DNA from: Nemertoderma westbladi
Lineage: Eukaryota > Animalia > Xenacoelomorpha
Assembly: GCA_032718475.1 (NCBI GenBank)
Contig: JAUCBJ010000576.1
Location: forward strand, 21,582 to 85,581
Reading direction: 5' to 3'
DNA length: 64,000 nucleotides
Shown here: positions 46,801-59,096 of the stretch, one piece after another
Numbering within the stretch: position 1 is the first letter of the stretch
Layout: each line of letters opens with the position of its first letter
Program-made: the position numbers and the translations under genes
Notes under the pieces: model-generated
Told to the model about the DNA's origin: nothing
The model's database searches: none
What the model saw: the letters and a program-made list of their open reading frames with translations, nothing else

Positions 46801-47697
46801 GGGCTTCGGTTCTAGCCATTTGACGCGTAAAACTTTCTTGGGCCATCGTATTATTTAATATCGAGTTATCGGTATATAAATTTCTCGGATTATGATCAGG
46901 TCTATATGGAATATCATTATCAACAGGTTTATAATTACCCTTAATAGGGTTCACTATAGGAGTTTCTACTTCACTAGCAGTATAGATGCATGTAGGCTAC
47001 ACACCTTGCGCATGAAATACTTCAGACCTAACAGGTTGACACATTGTTACAGGGGGTGGTGGTATACCCCTTTGTATATTTACCAATTTATCGCGTTCTA
47101 ACGCGATACTCTGCTGCACTTCTTGCAACTCTAACCTACCCTCTCTTACTGTTCCCTTTAACTGCTGAACAGTCCCCTCCAACTCTCGGACCTGTTGGGA
47201 GGTACGTACACGATGTTCCTCCATCTGCCCGAGCAGGAGATCCATCCCCCGCCATCGCTCATCCACCCATTCTACCTCCGAAGCGGGAGCCGCCAACATA
47301 GTAGCGGGTAGACGAGGGACGACGGGCGACAAATCGTTCATGTCTTGCTCGGCGTCCAGGACCGGGATTGATTCAGGGGCTATTCTACTGGGCACAGGTA
47401 GTTTAGTACTGTGCAAAGGGAATTTAGAGTTAGGTTCTGGAAGTACAGGGGTCTCTATCACAGAGGGGGTGGCTTCAAGAACAGGCCTAATTATTTCAGG
47501 CTCATCTACTATAGTACGGAGTCTTTCTACTCTAATAATTTGATCTGTAGGCTCAGGATTACTTAAATCTACACTGGCTAGTTGCCTTCTCACAGCTGGG
47601 GGCAAATTAGGCAATTTCTGCCGGTGCAGCACCCTTCTACGTCCGCTGGAACGAGATTTATTTCCTCTACCTTCAGGATCTGTTGTATCTCCTTCAT
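39881..47697. repeat. Tandem duplication of about 3.9 kb (39881-43790 and 43791-47697)
   Basis: Copies differ visibly only by a 3-bp indel (~41366) and a SNP (~43302/47209). Confidence 0.95.
43791..44782 (+). mobile_element. Duplicated 3' half of the RTE-like LINE
   Basis: Identical to 39881-40872. Confidence 0.92.
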
Positions 47698-49249
47698 CAG
47701 AGGATGTAAATCCCTGTCTCTTGGGAGTAGATCGACTTAGCAGCTGCATATGAGTAGCTGTTCTCTGTTTATTTAAGTAATCTTGCTTCACTTGAAGATT
47801 TTCCAACTCTAATTGGGCTGTCTCTTCAGATGCCTTCCGTTCTGCTTCTACCACTGCCTCTGCTGCTTTTCTTTCCGCTTCTGCCGGTGCCGCTTTTCTT
47901 TCAGCCTCTGCCGTTGCCGCTGCCGCTGCCACTTTTCTTTCAACTTCTGCCGCTGCCGCTTTTCTTTCCGCTTCTGCCGCTGCCGCTGCCGCTGCTGCTG
48001 CCGCTGCCGCTGCCACTGCCGCTGCCGCTGCCACTTTTCTTTCAACTTCTGCTTCTGCCGCTGCTGCTGCCTTTCAGTCTTCTATCCGTTTTTTCTTTAA
48101 TTGTTCTTCCTGTTCCCTAGCGATGAGGATGCTTTCATCTAATTTAGCCTGCTCAGCGGCTAATATTTCTGCATCTAACGAGTCCAACACAAATTTGGCC
48201 CCTTCACTATTAGGGTGAAGTCCAGCTAGCCTTCTCCTTAGCTCTTTGTCACCTATGAATCGTTGATAGTCCGACAGATAGATGTCAATAGCATCCTTCT
48301 TCTGAGGTTTCTCTGATATAGCTTCGCTTTCCACCTGAGAAAAGGTAGCGTCTGTTGACTCTCCATGGGTCATGCGCTCAGTTAGCTGAGCTTTCCATTG
48401 TGTTGTTCCCTGGACTTTAAGACTCACCCGTTGGAACCAAGTCTTTATGGCGACTTGCAACGACGTATCTTGGCTTCTCTTCGAGGCTTCCTCAAAGGCT
48501 GAAAGGATTAGTCTGATCCGTAAAATTTGTTCCCACACTTGATAAAGCAGCTCTCCCTGCTCTTGAGGTCCTTGACGTTGTTGAAACAGGTGTTCCTCTA
48601 AGAGCTCCAAAGAGCTGAAGAATCCCTGGACATATCCCGCTGCCGACCTCTTCCACACAGCTAGATCTCGAGTATCCTTTACTACTCCCATCCTGTATAA
48701 GTCCTCCCAGGCAGCTTCCGATAAGTTAAACGGGAGTCCGGGTCCGGGGAAGTTCCATTGTGTCTCGACAATAGCCTTCAGTTCCTCCATTGTGTATCCC
48801 GCATAACTGTCCTTGGTCGATCGCTTACTTCTCGCCCAATCGATTTGATGTTCTTCCACAGCTATCAACACTCTAGTGAGTACGGCTCCAGGAAGAATTA
48901 GAAGTGGATCCGGATAAACCGCTTCTGCCATCCTTGCTCTGATTTCGGGTGTCAACTCTACAGTGTCTGAACTACTGGAGTTATCTGGCTGTTGAGAAAT
49001 AAGTTCTCGGTTCGGTCGCTGCTGCTGTTTAACAGCTGCCTCTTGGTCCCGCTTGACTTGAGCCCTAGTGCCTATGATAGACCGATGGTGCTTGACTAGC
49101 CTAGGGTCTGATACTACTACTGGAGGGATGACCTTTCTTACAGTAGGAGGGGACTTGGACTTGGACTTCAGATGTTCTATACTTTTATCAGACTCACAGA
49201 CTGTTCTTTCTAGGAGACTATCTGACAGTGTTTGCTTTGTGTCAGCCAT
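44783..49249 (-). pseudogene. BEL-C Gag-protease (second partial copy at 40873-43790)
   Basis: AEAERKAAA repeats (47830-48070); IIKFNGD..KWLPF, EKLRFLIECLEGPP (DUF1759-like); CALC..H....C, CYNCLRQGHQRRTC, CAKCGAKHHILLH; LLDSGSTGTF. Frameshift near 48075 and in-frame TAG stops. Confidence 0.9.
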
Positions 49250-49387
49250 GTTTGATTGTACAGTTGAATGCCTACTACTATAACGACAGTTAAAGCAAGT
49301 CTTGTAATTCAGTATCCACTGTAAGCCTAGTAATTAATTACCGATACCGTTACTCAGTGTAACGTGATATATATACAATATATTAAA

Positions 49388-49650
49388 ATACCGGTATACA
49401 CTTATAATATACATATAAGTATTATTACAGACTAGAATTAGTCACAGAATACCGGTATATAATTTCAGCCTAAATATATAGAAATAAATACAATAAGCCT
49501 ATCGTAAATACCGGTATACAGCATACACTTATAGTATATATATATATATAAGTATTATTATAGACCAGGATTGGTTACAAAATACCGGTATATAATTTCA
49601 GCCTAAATTTATAGAAATATATATAATAAGCCTATCGTAAATACCGGTAA
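49388..49650. repeat. About 125-135-bp tandem repeat in the BEL-C 5' leader
   Basis: Two units containing aataccggtata...aagcctatcgtaaataccggta. Confidence 0.8.
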
Positions 49651-51224
49651 TGTCAATTATTTTATAATAACTGAATTTCTGAATTTTAGGGTTACTTTCC
49701 TTTACTTTATTACTGTTATTTAAGCACTAGTTCAACTGATATTAAGACCTAATTGATGTATAACAGGCGTAGTATTTTATAAATCAGTTTGAGTTGATTT
49801 ATAATATATTATGTACCCGTACAAGGGTTTTTGTCAATGTTTGAAATAAATGTTATTATTTCTGGATAAGGAGTCACTACACAGAAGCTGAACGCTCTCA
49901 GTGGAGTGCTACCTGTTAGACACTAAAACAAATTATTCTACTTTACTAAGTTACTTATCACTACAAATTACATATAATTACTGTGTGAGATTACAATCTC
50001 TAAATAAACACCAAAAGTTACACGTACAAATTTTAGGGTAATTTTACAGGAAATCTACAAACCAGCCTAACAAGGAGTTAGAATTTCTGGTTACTACAAA
50101 CGGACAGGATACTATGGTATTTGAAAACAATAAAGCAGTAGTAAGTAAATTGCGTTGTCCAGATAAGAAAATACCACCGTCTGATGACTTATAGTCTTAA
50201 ACTATAAGTTCTACATTATGTACCCAGAGTGTCCTTACCTAGAAGTTAATTACCACAGCCAACCAGAGCTAACGTGCCTATTAACCACTTTACAACACAA
50301 ATATACTGCCTACACACTAATTACTTTCGGAAAGCACTGTACGCTAAACCCTAAATTAGGTACAAGTACTTATACAACAAATAACCAGCAGTTAAATATA
50401 CTTGTACAGCTAAAAGAACCACGGTATCTGCTGGAGTGACCAGAGCATAAAATCACCAGTCTTTACCTATGCCAAGCAGCCTTGATGTAGTACCGGGGTT
50501 AATTTAACTATAACGGTATGTATAACAAGCACAATTACTGTAGGAATAAACTTGGGGGATTGTAGGTTGCGAATACTCACATAGACTCTGAATAATAAAT
50601 ATTATGCTACCCGTGCAGACTATACAAACAAAATACAGACCAAATGCTGGCAGACTACTATCAAGCCTAAATAAACTACAGTATATGCAGACTCCGAAAT
50701 GGTTAGTTAGTAGGCGTTCTAACCGAGTAGTACGACTTATTGTTTCGGGGGGGGGGGGGGGGGGGGGGATTTACCTTACAACACTGGATGCCCCCACCTT
50801 CCTAACTAGTACTTTATTGGACATACACTCTACACACACTGCAGTCGCTTCAGACCTAACAACAGTCAGACAACAATCTAGCCTACAAATTATTTGTACA
50901 ATTTGAGCGGGCTTACACGCCTTCTGCTCAATATCATACTTACAGATAAATAAAACTGACAGAAATAAATAAGCTCTAAAAGAAACAAGGGGTGTACAGT
51001 CCCTAATCTCTTAAACAGCCTACCAATATACAATATCACAATCGAAATAATACTAGTACCGGTAAGTACCGGTTCAGGTGGTTAGGTAGTTAGGCCTACA
51101 GGTTACTGTCCGACCGGTACATTCGAATTTATTGCCTACATGCAATCAAGAATCAGAAATCGATTATTGTTCTTACCAGAACAATAGACAACTATATTTA
51201 TTGCCTACTGTGCAATCAAGAGTT

Positions 51225-51236
51225 TAAATCTATTAT
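51225..51236 (-). promoter_or_regulatory. BEL-C PBS position (ATAATAGATTTA), not tRNA-type
   Basis: Immediately follows the LTR end ...GCGCGAACA, lacks TGG, and is complementary to LTR positions 34968-34979. Confidence 0.7.
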
Positions 51237-51732
51237 TGTTCGCGCTTTCAGACCTTTAGCAGTTTAACCTGCCAATTTTAGGTGTCCTCTTGTTTATAAA
51301 TCGACTTTAGCCTATAACAAGTATTTAGTGCACATGAAGTTACATTAGCCGAAGCCAGTCTATGCGCGATCATTCACCCACTGTTAAGGGAGACTGGATT
51401 CGGGTGCTTTGAAGTGATTGCGGTGCAGACCTACTGTATTATTCGATTGATCATTACTATAATCTCTGACAATATTATTCACTTTCCAGGAAATATTAAC
51501 AGTTCCTTTAGGACGTGGCGCTTTAAGTATATAAAACAGAGTTATGACTTATACTAAACACAACTAGATGGCTACTGAGTTTCGTAAATAGCGCATTCTT
51601 TAGGAGATGCTTTATTATCTGTCACACTACTTCACACGACTTCACACTACTTCACACTGATCTGCCGACCGTCACTGAATTTGATCATATATAAGGAGGA
51701 TAGCAACTGACACATGTAGGGATTATGAAATA
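51237..51732 (-). repeat. BEL-C 5' LTR, upstream part deleted
   Basis: Matches 34224-34722 with only a handful of differences. Confidence 0.93.
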
Positions 51733-53099
51733 TAATGATGGTAATGGTCCGGTACTTGCCATAAAATTCTGCGACAAAAGAGTCGTTTACTTTATTACAA
51801 CCTCCGATAAAGCCGACCTTGTAGATAAGACCCGCTACCTACCCGCAGGACAAACTCAAGACTTTAAGAAACCACAACCTATTGATAAATACAACTATAA
51901 CATGGGTGGAATAGATTCTTCGGATTCAATGATTTCTTCGCGTACATATGTTCGCAAATGTCAGAAATGGTTTGTCAAACTAGGAATCCATTATATTCAG
52001 CACCTTGTATTGAATAGTTATATCCACTACCGGGCTGAAAAGAAACCGAAACATCTAACATTCAGTATGTACCTCTTGGATGCTATCGATTACCTAACAC
52101 AAGTACCAACACGAGCCGTCCCTCACAAGCGTCAATCTTTGCCAGCTGTGCCAACCACTCACAAGTTGGTCAAACTGGAACCATCTGGAAAGGTACTGTC
52201 CACGCAGAAGCGTTGCCGTGTGTGTTGGAAAAATCGTACTTACAAAAGATCGCGCTATATTTGCCCAGCTTGTCCTGATAAGCCTGGACTTTGTCGAACC
52301 TGCTTTGGAGAATATTCTCACTCAAATTGATTATAGATTGGTAAATTGGTAATAATTATTTTGTTTTTATTAGCGTGTTGCTGTTATTATTTTGTTGAAT
52401 CATTATAATTGGCCTGTTGCTGTTACCTATTATTTTGTTGAATCAAAGAATCGATCAATCAATCAATAACTTGTGATAAAAAATATTTTTTATCTACAAA
52501 ATTTTTTATTTTTCTACAAAAAGTTTTTGGGAGAGAAAATGTAAAGAAATATGTTTTCCTATTGAAACAAAAATCGATCAATAAATTGATCACCCAAAAT
52601 CAATAACTGATCAATAAATCAATAACTCGAAATCAAAAATATTTTTTTATCTCGAAATTCGATTTCTACATAATGTTTTGGGTCAAAAAATGTAAAGAAA
52701 TATATTTTCTTATTGAATCAAAGAATCGATCAATAAATTGATAAATAAAAATCAATAATTGATCAATCAATCAATAAATTTTGCTCAAAAATGTTTTTTT
52801 ACTTAAAATTCAAATTCTACATAAAAATTTAAGTCAGAATATGTAAAAATTATTTTTAATTATGAACTATTGTACAAATCAATTAATTGATAAATTAATT
52901 GATCAAAATCAATAACTAATCAATAAATCGATAAATTTGAAAAAAATTAAAAATCATCCAGAAATTCGGAATCTACAGATCATTTTGTGTAAGAAAAGTA
53001 AAATGGACATTTCTGAATAAAACTTTCAATTTTTCCAATTTTATGGAGCATATGGAACAGTTATTTTAAAGCACTGGGCTGGAAAGGGTAATGGGTTAA
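51733..53099 (+). mobile_element. piggyBac 3' part: transposase C-terminus (to 52330), subterminal repeats, right end
   Basis: DKRVV.FITT, KP..ID.YN..MGGID..D, RK..KW, NSY, CRVC..R..C..C...LC..CF..H; about 165-bp repeats at 52430-53000; ends ...GGAAAGGGTAATGGG-TTAA. Confidence 0.9.
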
Positions 53100-55628
53100 C
53101 ATTAAGAAGATTATGATTATGAAATTCAGGAGAGGTGGCTGACTGAGAAAGGCGGACGTATTTTACTGTGGTGGAAAGAAACTAACTGTTTGTAATGATT
53201 ATCAGTATTAGGGGGTTGTTGCCCTAAAATCAAGCTGGACCTTTACTCGTCATTTAAAGAAAAAAGATGGTAAAGGCAGCTGTAGCTAGCGCTATGGGCA
53301 AGAATTTACAATCACTATCTCTAGGAGGGGTAGTTATAAAACCCGAAAATGACGAAATGATCAACGAAAATATTGAACTTATCAAACAATCTGCAAAATC
53401 TCGCTTTCCAGTACGATAGGTATTATTAGAAGGCACACTTTACATTTTTAAATTAATAAAATCCGATAATTTCGCCCCATTTTCGACCTTAAAAGTAATT
53501 TAATACCAAATACTGTCTGCTGGTTGGTTGTTAGGTGTTAGCTGTTGACCAATGGCGGCTTGGATGAAATCAGTGTACTGGAGTATTGGTCTGGTGCAAT
53601 ACAGATGTGGTGCTACAGATGTACTGATGTACAGCGTACAGGCCTACAACAGTACAACAGCCCTATCAACCTACAGGAGCTGTTGCGCTGACAGACAGAG
53701 AGATAACATCCCATGGGGTAGGGCGTAGGGGGTACAGGTTAAGGATTTTTTCTGGACTATCAGATACCGGTAGAAGATGATTAGGCCTATTAAAAGAAGG
53801 AACGATGGCGATGGCGTCTATCAAACCCGGAATGATGGCGATGGAGAATGTTAAACCCAGAAGCCAGAACGATGGCGACAGAGCCTATTAAATCCGGAAC
53901 GATGGCGACGGAGTCTATGAAAACCCAGAACGATGGCGATGGAGTCTATTAAACCTGGAACGATGGCGATGGAGTCTATTAAACCCAGAACGATTAGACG
54001 GAGTCTATTGAACCCGGAACGATGGCGACGGAGTCTATTAAACCCGGAACGATGGCGACGGAGTCTATTAAACCCATAATGATGGCAACGGAGTCTATTA
54101 AACCCAGAACCATGGCCTCTTTTAAACCTGGGACGTTGGCGACGGAGTCCATTAAACCAAAGGCCTACCGAATTAGGTAAAGGATGGATTCCCTGAGGGA
54201 GAACGAGTTTACAGCGGTTTTGATCCAGTTTGGGGTAGGGCGGGTTGAGTTGACCTCAGGTCACCCAACCCACCTATCTAGAGACGAAACAACCTAACTA
54301 GATACGAACTCCGCGCCCTGAACTGAAGTAAAAGAGCAAGAGTTTAATTTTAGTACAACTGTAACTAATTCTGGTTAATTTTATTTAAACTTTATTTTGT
54401 ACAGTTGTTGTGATGGTTTAATTTCGGTGTAAAATGTAGCATGTAGTAAACTACTGTAATATAAATACATATATATTGCATAATTACTGTATAATATTGT
54501 AATTTGTCATATTAATTTGGTGCGGGATTAGCAAGTAACTGTGTTCAATTAGCTCTTGTTGGAGGCCTTCTGACTCCTGCCACTGTCAGTTTTGTGGCGC
54601 GCCTGCCACAGATATTCTACACTCTACATTCTCACTTCTACATTCTACCGGACAATCTATCCCATCTGCGTCTCACTTTTCACTTGCAGTCCTTACAAGA
54701 TTCGTCACTTAATTTCTCTTAATTAATTCTTACTTTAATCATTTTGCGATCTTTCTTCGACTTATTGGTTTTATTTATTTTATACTACCCGTTGGGTAAA
54801 TAAAGATAACAATTTCATAGGAGAGTCAGTCGAATATGTGTAGCGGTGAATACATGTTTCACTTTAACAATGATAACGGCGACAATAATAATCAACATTG
54901 ACGTTAAAAGCAATGACTCGAATTAATACCGCACTGATATGATTCATATGTAGTGTTAAAATCATAAAAGTTACCAGCAGCTCTTGACATAAATTGACAT
55001 GACATTTTTTATAAAGTGATTGACAGATTGATGTTAAATAATTTCAAAATTATCAATATAAAAATATATTATTATGATTTTAGTATTGGCGACAAACCAG
55101 TCTGACTTCGAAACTCTCTTGTTCAATGTATAATCGTATGGGGTTATTTGATTGGCATCACAATCCCTCGGGGTTACGGGGTTTAATAGACTCAGCATTC
55201 GATCGCTCTCGTAATTCCGGGTTTAATAGACTCCGTCGCCATCGTTCCGGGTATAATCGACTCAGTCGCCATTGTTCCGAGTTTAATAGACTCCGTCGCC
55301 ATCATTCCGGGTTTAATAGACACCGTCGCCATCGTTCCAGCTTCCGGGTTTAATAGACTCCGTCGCCATCGTTCCTTCTTTTAATAATCATCTTCTACCA
55401 GTATCTGATAGTCCAGAATAAATCCTTAACCTGTACCCCCTACGCCCTACCCCATGGGACGTTATCTCTCTCTCTGTCAGCGCAACAGCTCCTGTAGGCT
55501 GATAGCAGGGCTGTTGTACTGTTGTGGGCCTGTACATCAGTACATATGTAGCACCACATCTGCAATGCACCAGACCAATACTGCAGTACACTGATTTCAT
55601 CCAAGCCGCCATTGGTCAAGAGCTAACA

Positions 55629-57605
55629 TGTTAAAGAAATCTCAAAGGGGATTCTTCCTTTTGATATGTTCGTATTTTCAAATGAAACAAAGGGTTTAAT
55701 CAAACTATAACATACCAAGCTAATTGCCCTAAACACAAGCCGAAACAGAAACAACCAAAACAATAAATCTGATTTGGCTTCCCAAGCTACTTAATACGAG
55801 TAACGAGTGTTGGTGACTTAACACTCCAATTGTTCACCCTTCACAGAGAAATAAAGCAGTTCGTCAGGCGGACAAATGTTGAATGTGAGAATATTTAAGA
55901 ATGCAAAAGGGGGGAAATTATTTACCTAAACCCTGGTGCCCTTAGCGCTGACTGTAATCAGCTATATTACTGCTCGCTACGCTTGTGACTAGTGTAGACT
56001 TGCAAACCCGCTATTTTTTAGATAACCACCTAGCTGCCTAGTGTAAATTTGTCCAAAGATATTTCTGTATTTCCTAAGTGTAAATAACTAAAACTATTCT
56101 CCGCTATGCAGCGTACGAAGTCCTTATTTTATTCTAAATACTATCATACATAAACTACATTTACTCAAATGTACGGGGTTGCGAACTAATTATTAGGTAT
56201 TCCAGAATTTGTAATGCTAATTAGTTACGTTACTGGGCTACAGTACACTAAAGACTACGGTGGCTGAATTGTGCCACTTAATACTTTTTTTTATTATTTT
56301 TTTTTGAAGCGACTTTTTGGTCGACCAAAAAGTACTTTTTGGTCTGGAAGTCTGGAAAAAAAAGTCTGGAAGTATTATCCAATAGAAAACATACAACTAT
56401 TTTCGAGGCAAAATCAAATTACATTAAGTGAATTAGGTGGTTATTTAAAACCGTAACACTATCATGATGAAGGATTAATATCCTAGGTACCGGTAGGCCT
56501 AGCGATCAATGTGTTTAACAAAGCTTTATGTACACCGGTACAGTAATTTGATTTTACCTCCAAAATAGTTATATATATGTTTTCTATTGGATAATACTTC
56601 CAGACTTTTTGGTCGACCAAAAAGTACTTTTTGGTCGACCAAAAAGTCGACTATTATTGGTCGACCTAAAAAGTAGTTTTTGGTCGACCAAAAAGTACTT
56701 ATTGGTCGACCAAAAAGTCGACTTTTTGGTCGACCAAAAAGTACTTTTTGGTCGCCCAATAAGTCGACTTTTTGGTCGACCAAAAAGTACTTTTTGGTCG
56801 ACCAAAAAGTACTTTTTGGTCGACCAAAAAGTCTGGAAGTATTATCCAATAGAAAACATATATATAACTATTTTGGAGGTAAAATCAAATTACTGTACCG
56901 GTGTACATAAAGCTTTGTTAAACACATTGATCGCTAGGCCTACCGGTACCTAGGATATTAATCCTTCATCATGATAGTGTTACGGTTTTAAATAACCACC
57001 TAATTCACTTAATGTAATTTGATTTTGCCTCGAAAATAGTTGTATGTTTTCTATTGGATAATACTTCCAGACTTTTTGGTCGACCAAAAAGTAGTTTTTG
57101 GTCGACCAAAAAGTACTTATTGGTCGACCAAAAAGTACTTTTTGGTCGACCAAAAAGTCGACTTATTGGTCGACCAAAAAGTACTTATTGGTCGACCAAA
57201 AAGTACTTATTGGTCGACCAAAAAGTACTTTTTGGTCGACCAAAAAGTCCCTTAAAAAAATAAATAAAAAAGTATTAAGTGGCACAATTCAGCCACCGTA
57301 AAAGACAGCCTAAATACCGTATTATTTGAGCTAACAGCAATTAACAAGCATAAATAGAAAACAGAAACAATCAAGATATATAGCGCCTACTGTATCTAAA
57401 ACATTACACATAAATAGCGTAGCTACAATTAGGCCCTATAATCGCAGTAATAGCATTAGCATAGCATTAGCATAAACGTAGCATTAGCGTAAACGGCTAA
57501 GGTCACCCCAGATCAATGTGATCTTTCTACCTAAACCTAGCTAGCCTAATAGCAAATCTGAGAGACAAGATCTAGGTCGCCTTGCCCCTTATATATATCG
57601 CAACA
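55629..57605. mobile_element. Solo LTR (TGTT...AACA, about 930 bp without the MITE)
   Basis: 5-bp TSD TAACA at 55624-55628 and 57606-57610; cleanly splits the right foldback arm. Confidence 0.85.
56258..57298. mobile_element. Palindromic MITE (Tc1/mariner-type TA TSD)
   Basis: TA|CGGTGGCTGAATTGTGCCACTTAATACT...AGTATTAAGTGGCACAATTCAGCCACCG|TA; internal arrays of TTTTTGGTCGACCAAAAAGTAC. Confidence 0.88.
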
Positions 57606-57793
57606 TAACACCTAACAACCAACCAGCAGACAGTATTTGGTATTAAATTACTTTTAAGGTCGAAAATGGGGCGAAATTATCGGATTTTATTCCACTTAAT
57701 CATGGGAAAACAATTGTATGTAAAATTCAAGTAACACGATTTATGTTTACTTATTATTTTTATTTCCACCAATTCCATGAATTTACTACTATA

Positions 57794-59096
57794 CAGTCCC
57801 TATCTCATTCTAGATACCGTTTCTCAAACTGGGTACCTTTTCTCTTGCCTCACTCTTACTAACTCAAACCTGTCTGGTTTATTCAAACCCAACTCAAACT
57901 CGCGTAACCACCCAATGTGCACTGTGTAGCATTCATACAACAAGCTGTCTGTGTTGAATGGCCCACTCGCTTCTGTTATACTCTGCCTACGGGTTTGATG
58001 GTCTCCTGCTGTTATAACATTCCCTAAACTTGATTTGTTTGTGTGTAATTAACTCCAGTAGACAGTGAGAATTAAGTTGCAGACTCAGTGACTCAATTTA
58101 TTTTTAAATTTCAGAATAAAAAAATTATATGCTAAATTATTAATTAATCTAAATCTCGAATAAACTACTCGATCTACTAATTAAACTAAATTAATTTTTT
58201 ATTACATTTATTAAGTATGTATGACTCATAACATATTAACGTTATTTTACATTAAAATATAACCATATAATATAACCAACCAATTTTATAAATTTATTTT
58301 AATGTCGCGTATATTTCGCTAATGTTTCTAATGTTTAACTTTAATGTTTTACTACTGTTTTACTAATGTTTAATTCTCTATTACATCGTCAACACAATTA
58401 TTCGCAATATATCCGGGTGTGGGCTGGGCATACCGGGCAAAGGGGCCAGAGGAAACCTCTGTAATTATAGACAGGGCCATATTTATGGGAGGGGGGTGGG
58501 GGGGGGGGGGGGGGTGTGTGTTGCGAGGTCCCATATGCACTAATAATTCTTAATTAACAATTAGATTTTTAAACTGATATGTCTTGTAAGGCACCAATTG
58601 ACATCAAACAGACAGACAACAGAGCACCAATTTCCCACAACAATATTCCCAGAATTAAAACTTTCTCTACAAACAGACCGAGCCAGTGTGGTTTAGTTAA
58701 CAACATAAATTTAGTAAAGCCCACAAAGGAACTGTGTGATTGACATGTCTTTTATGAGACACACGCAAGCCGGCCTGCCCAGCTTATGTAACTCAAGAGC
58801 CCAAGCAACACTAACAGACAGAGGCCCCTTCCTCATGTGGTGCCTCACTCAACCAGAGTAATTATCCATCCCGTACAGGAAGAGTAATGCTGAGTATGGC
58901 ACAGTTGGAGGTCAACCTAACTCAAACCATGGCGCCAGACTCTAGTTTGAGTTAGATTGAGCTGGCTGCATCTTTCTGATTTCTCAACTCTTACCCTAGT
59001 CTTACCTACTGAAATTCTCCGTTGACTATCATTAGTAAACGGTTTGAGAAATGATACCCAGTTTGAGAAATAATATTCAGAATGAGATAGGGACTG
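57794..59096. mobile_element. Non-autonomous TIR element (Tc1/mariner-type TA TSD)
   Basis: TA|CAGTCCCTATCTCATTCT...AGAATGAGATAGGGACTG|TA. Its last ~410 bp recur at 62823-63237. Confidence 0.8.

Larger units (their letters stand above)
34224..51732 (-). mobile_element. BEL/Pao LTR retrotransposon 'BEL-C': RT-RH-INT missing, 3' accessory ORFs, inserted in piggyBac
   Basis: Near-identical LTRs at both ends, BEL gag-PR, PPT CTGGGAGCGG at 35387-35396. Confidence 0.9.
53455..57691. mobile_element. Foldback-like element with long TIRs containing 30-bp tandem repeats
   Basis: Left arm 53455-54170 is the inverted match of 55175-55628 plus 57606-57691. Repeat unit gagtctattaaacccggaacgatggcgacg. No transposase seen. 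Confidence 0.7.

Noticed and set aside
44984-48034. All in-frame stops in BEL-C gag are TAG, suggesting read-through or an alternative genetic code
   Set aside because: The element also has frameshifts and deletions, single CAG/GAG>TAG changes suffice, and TAG terminates other ORFs normally.
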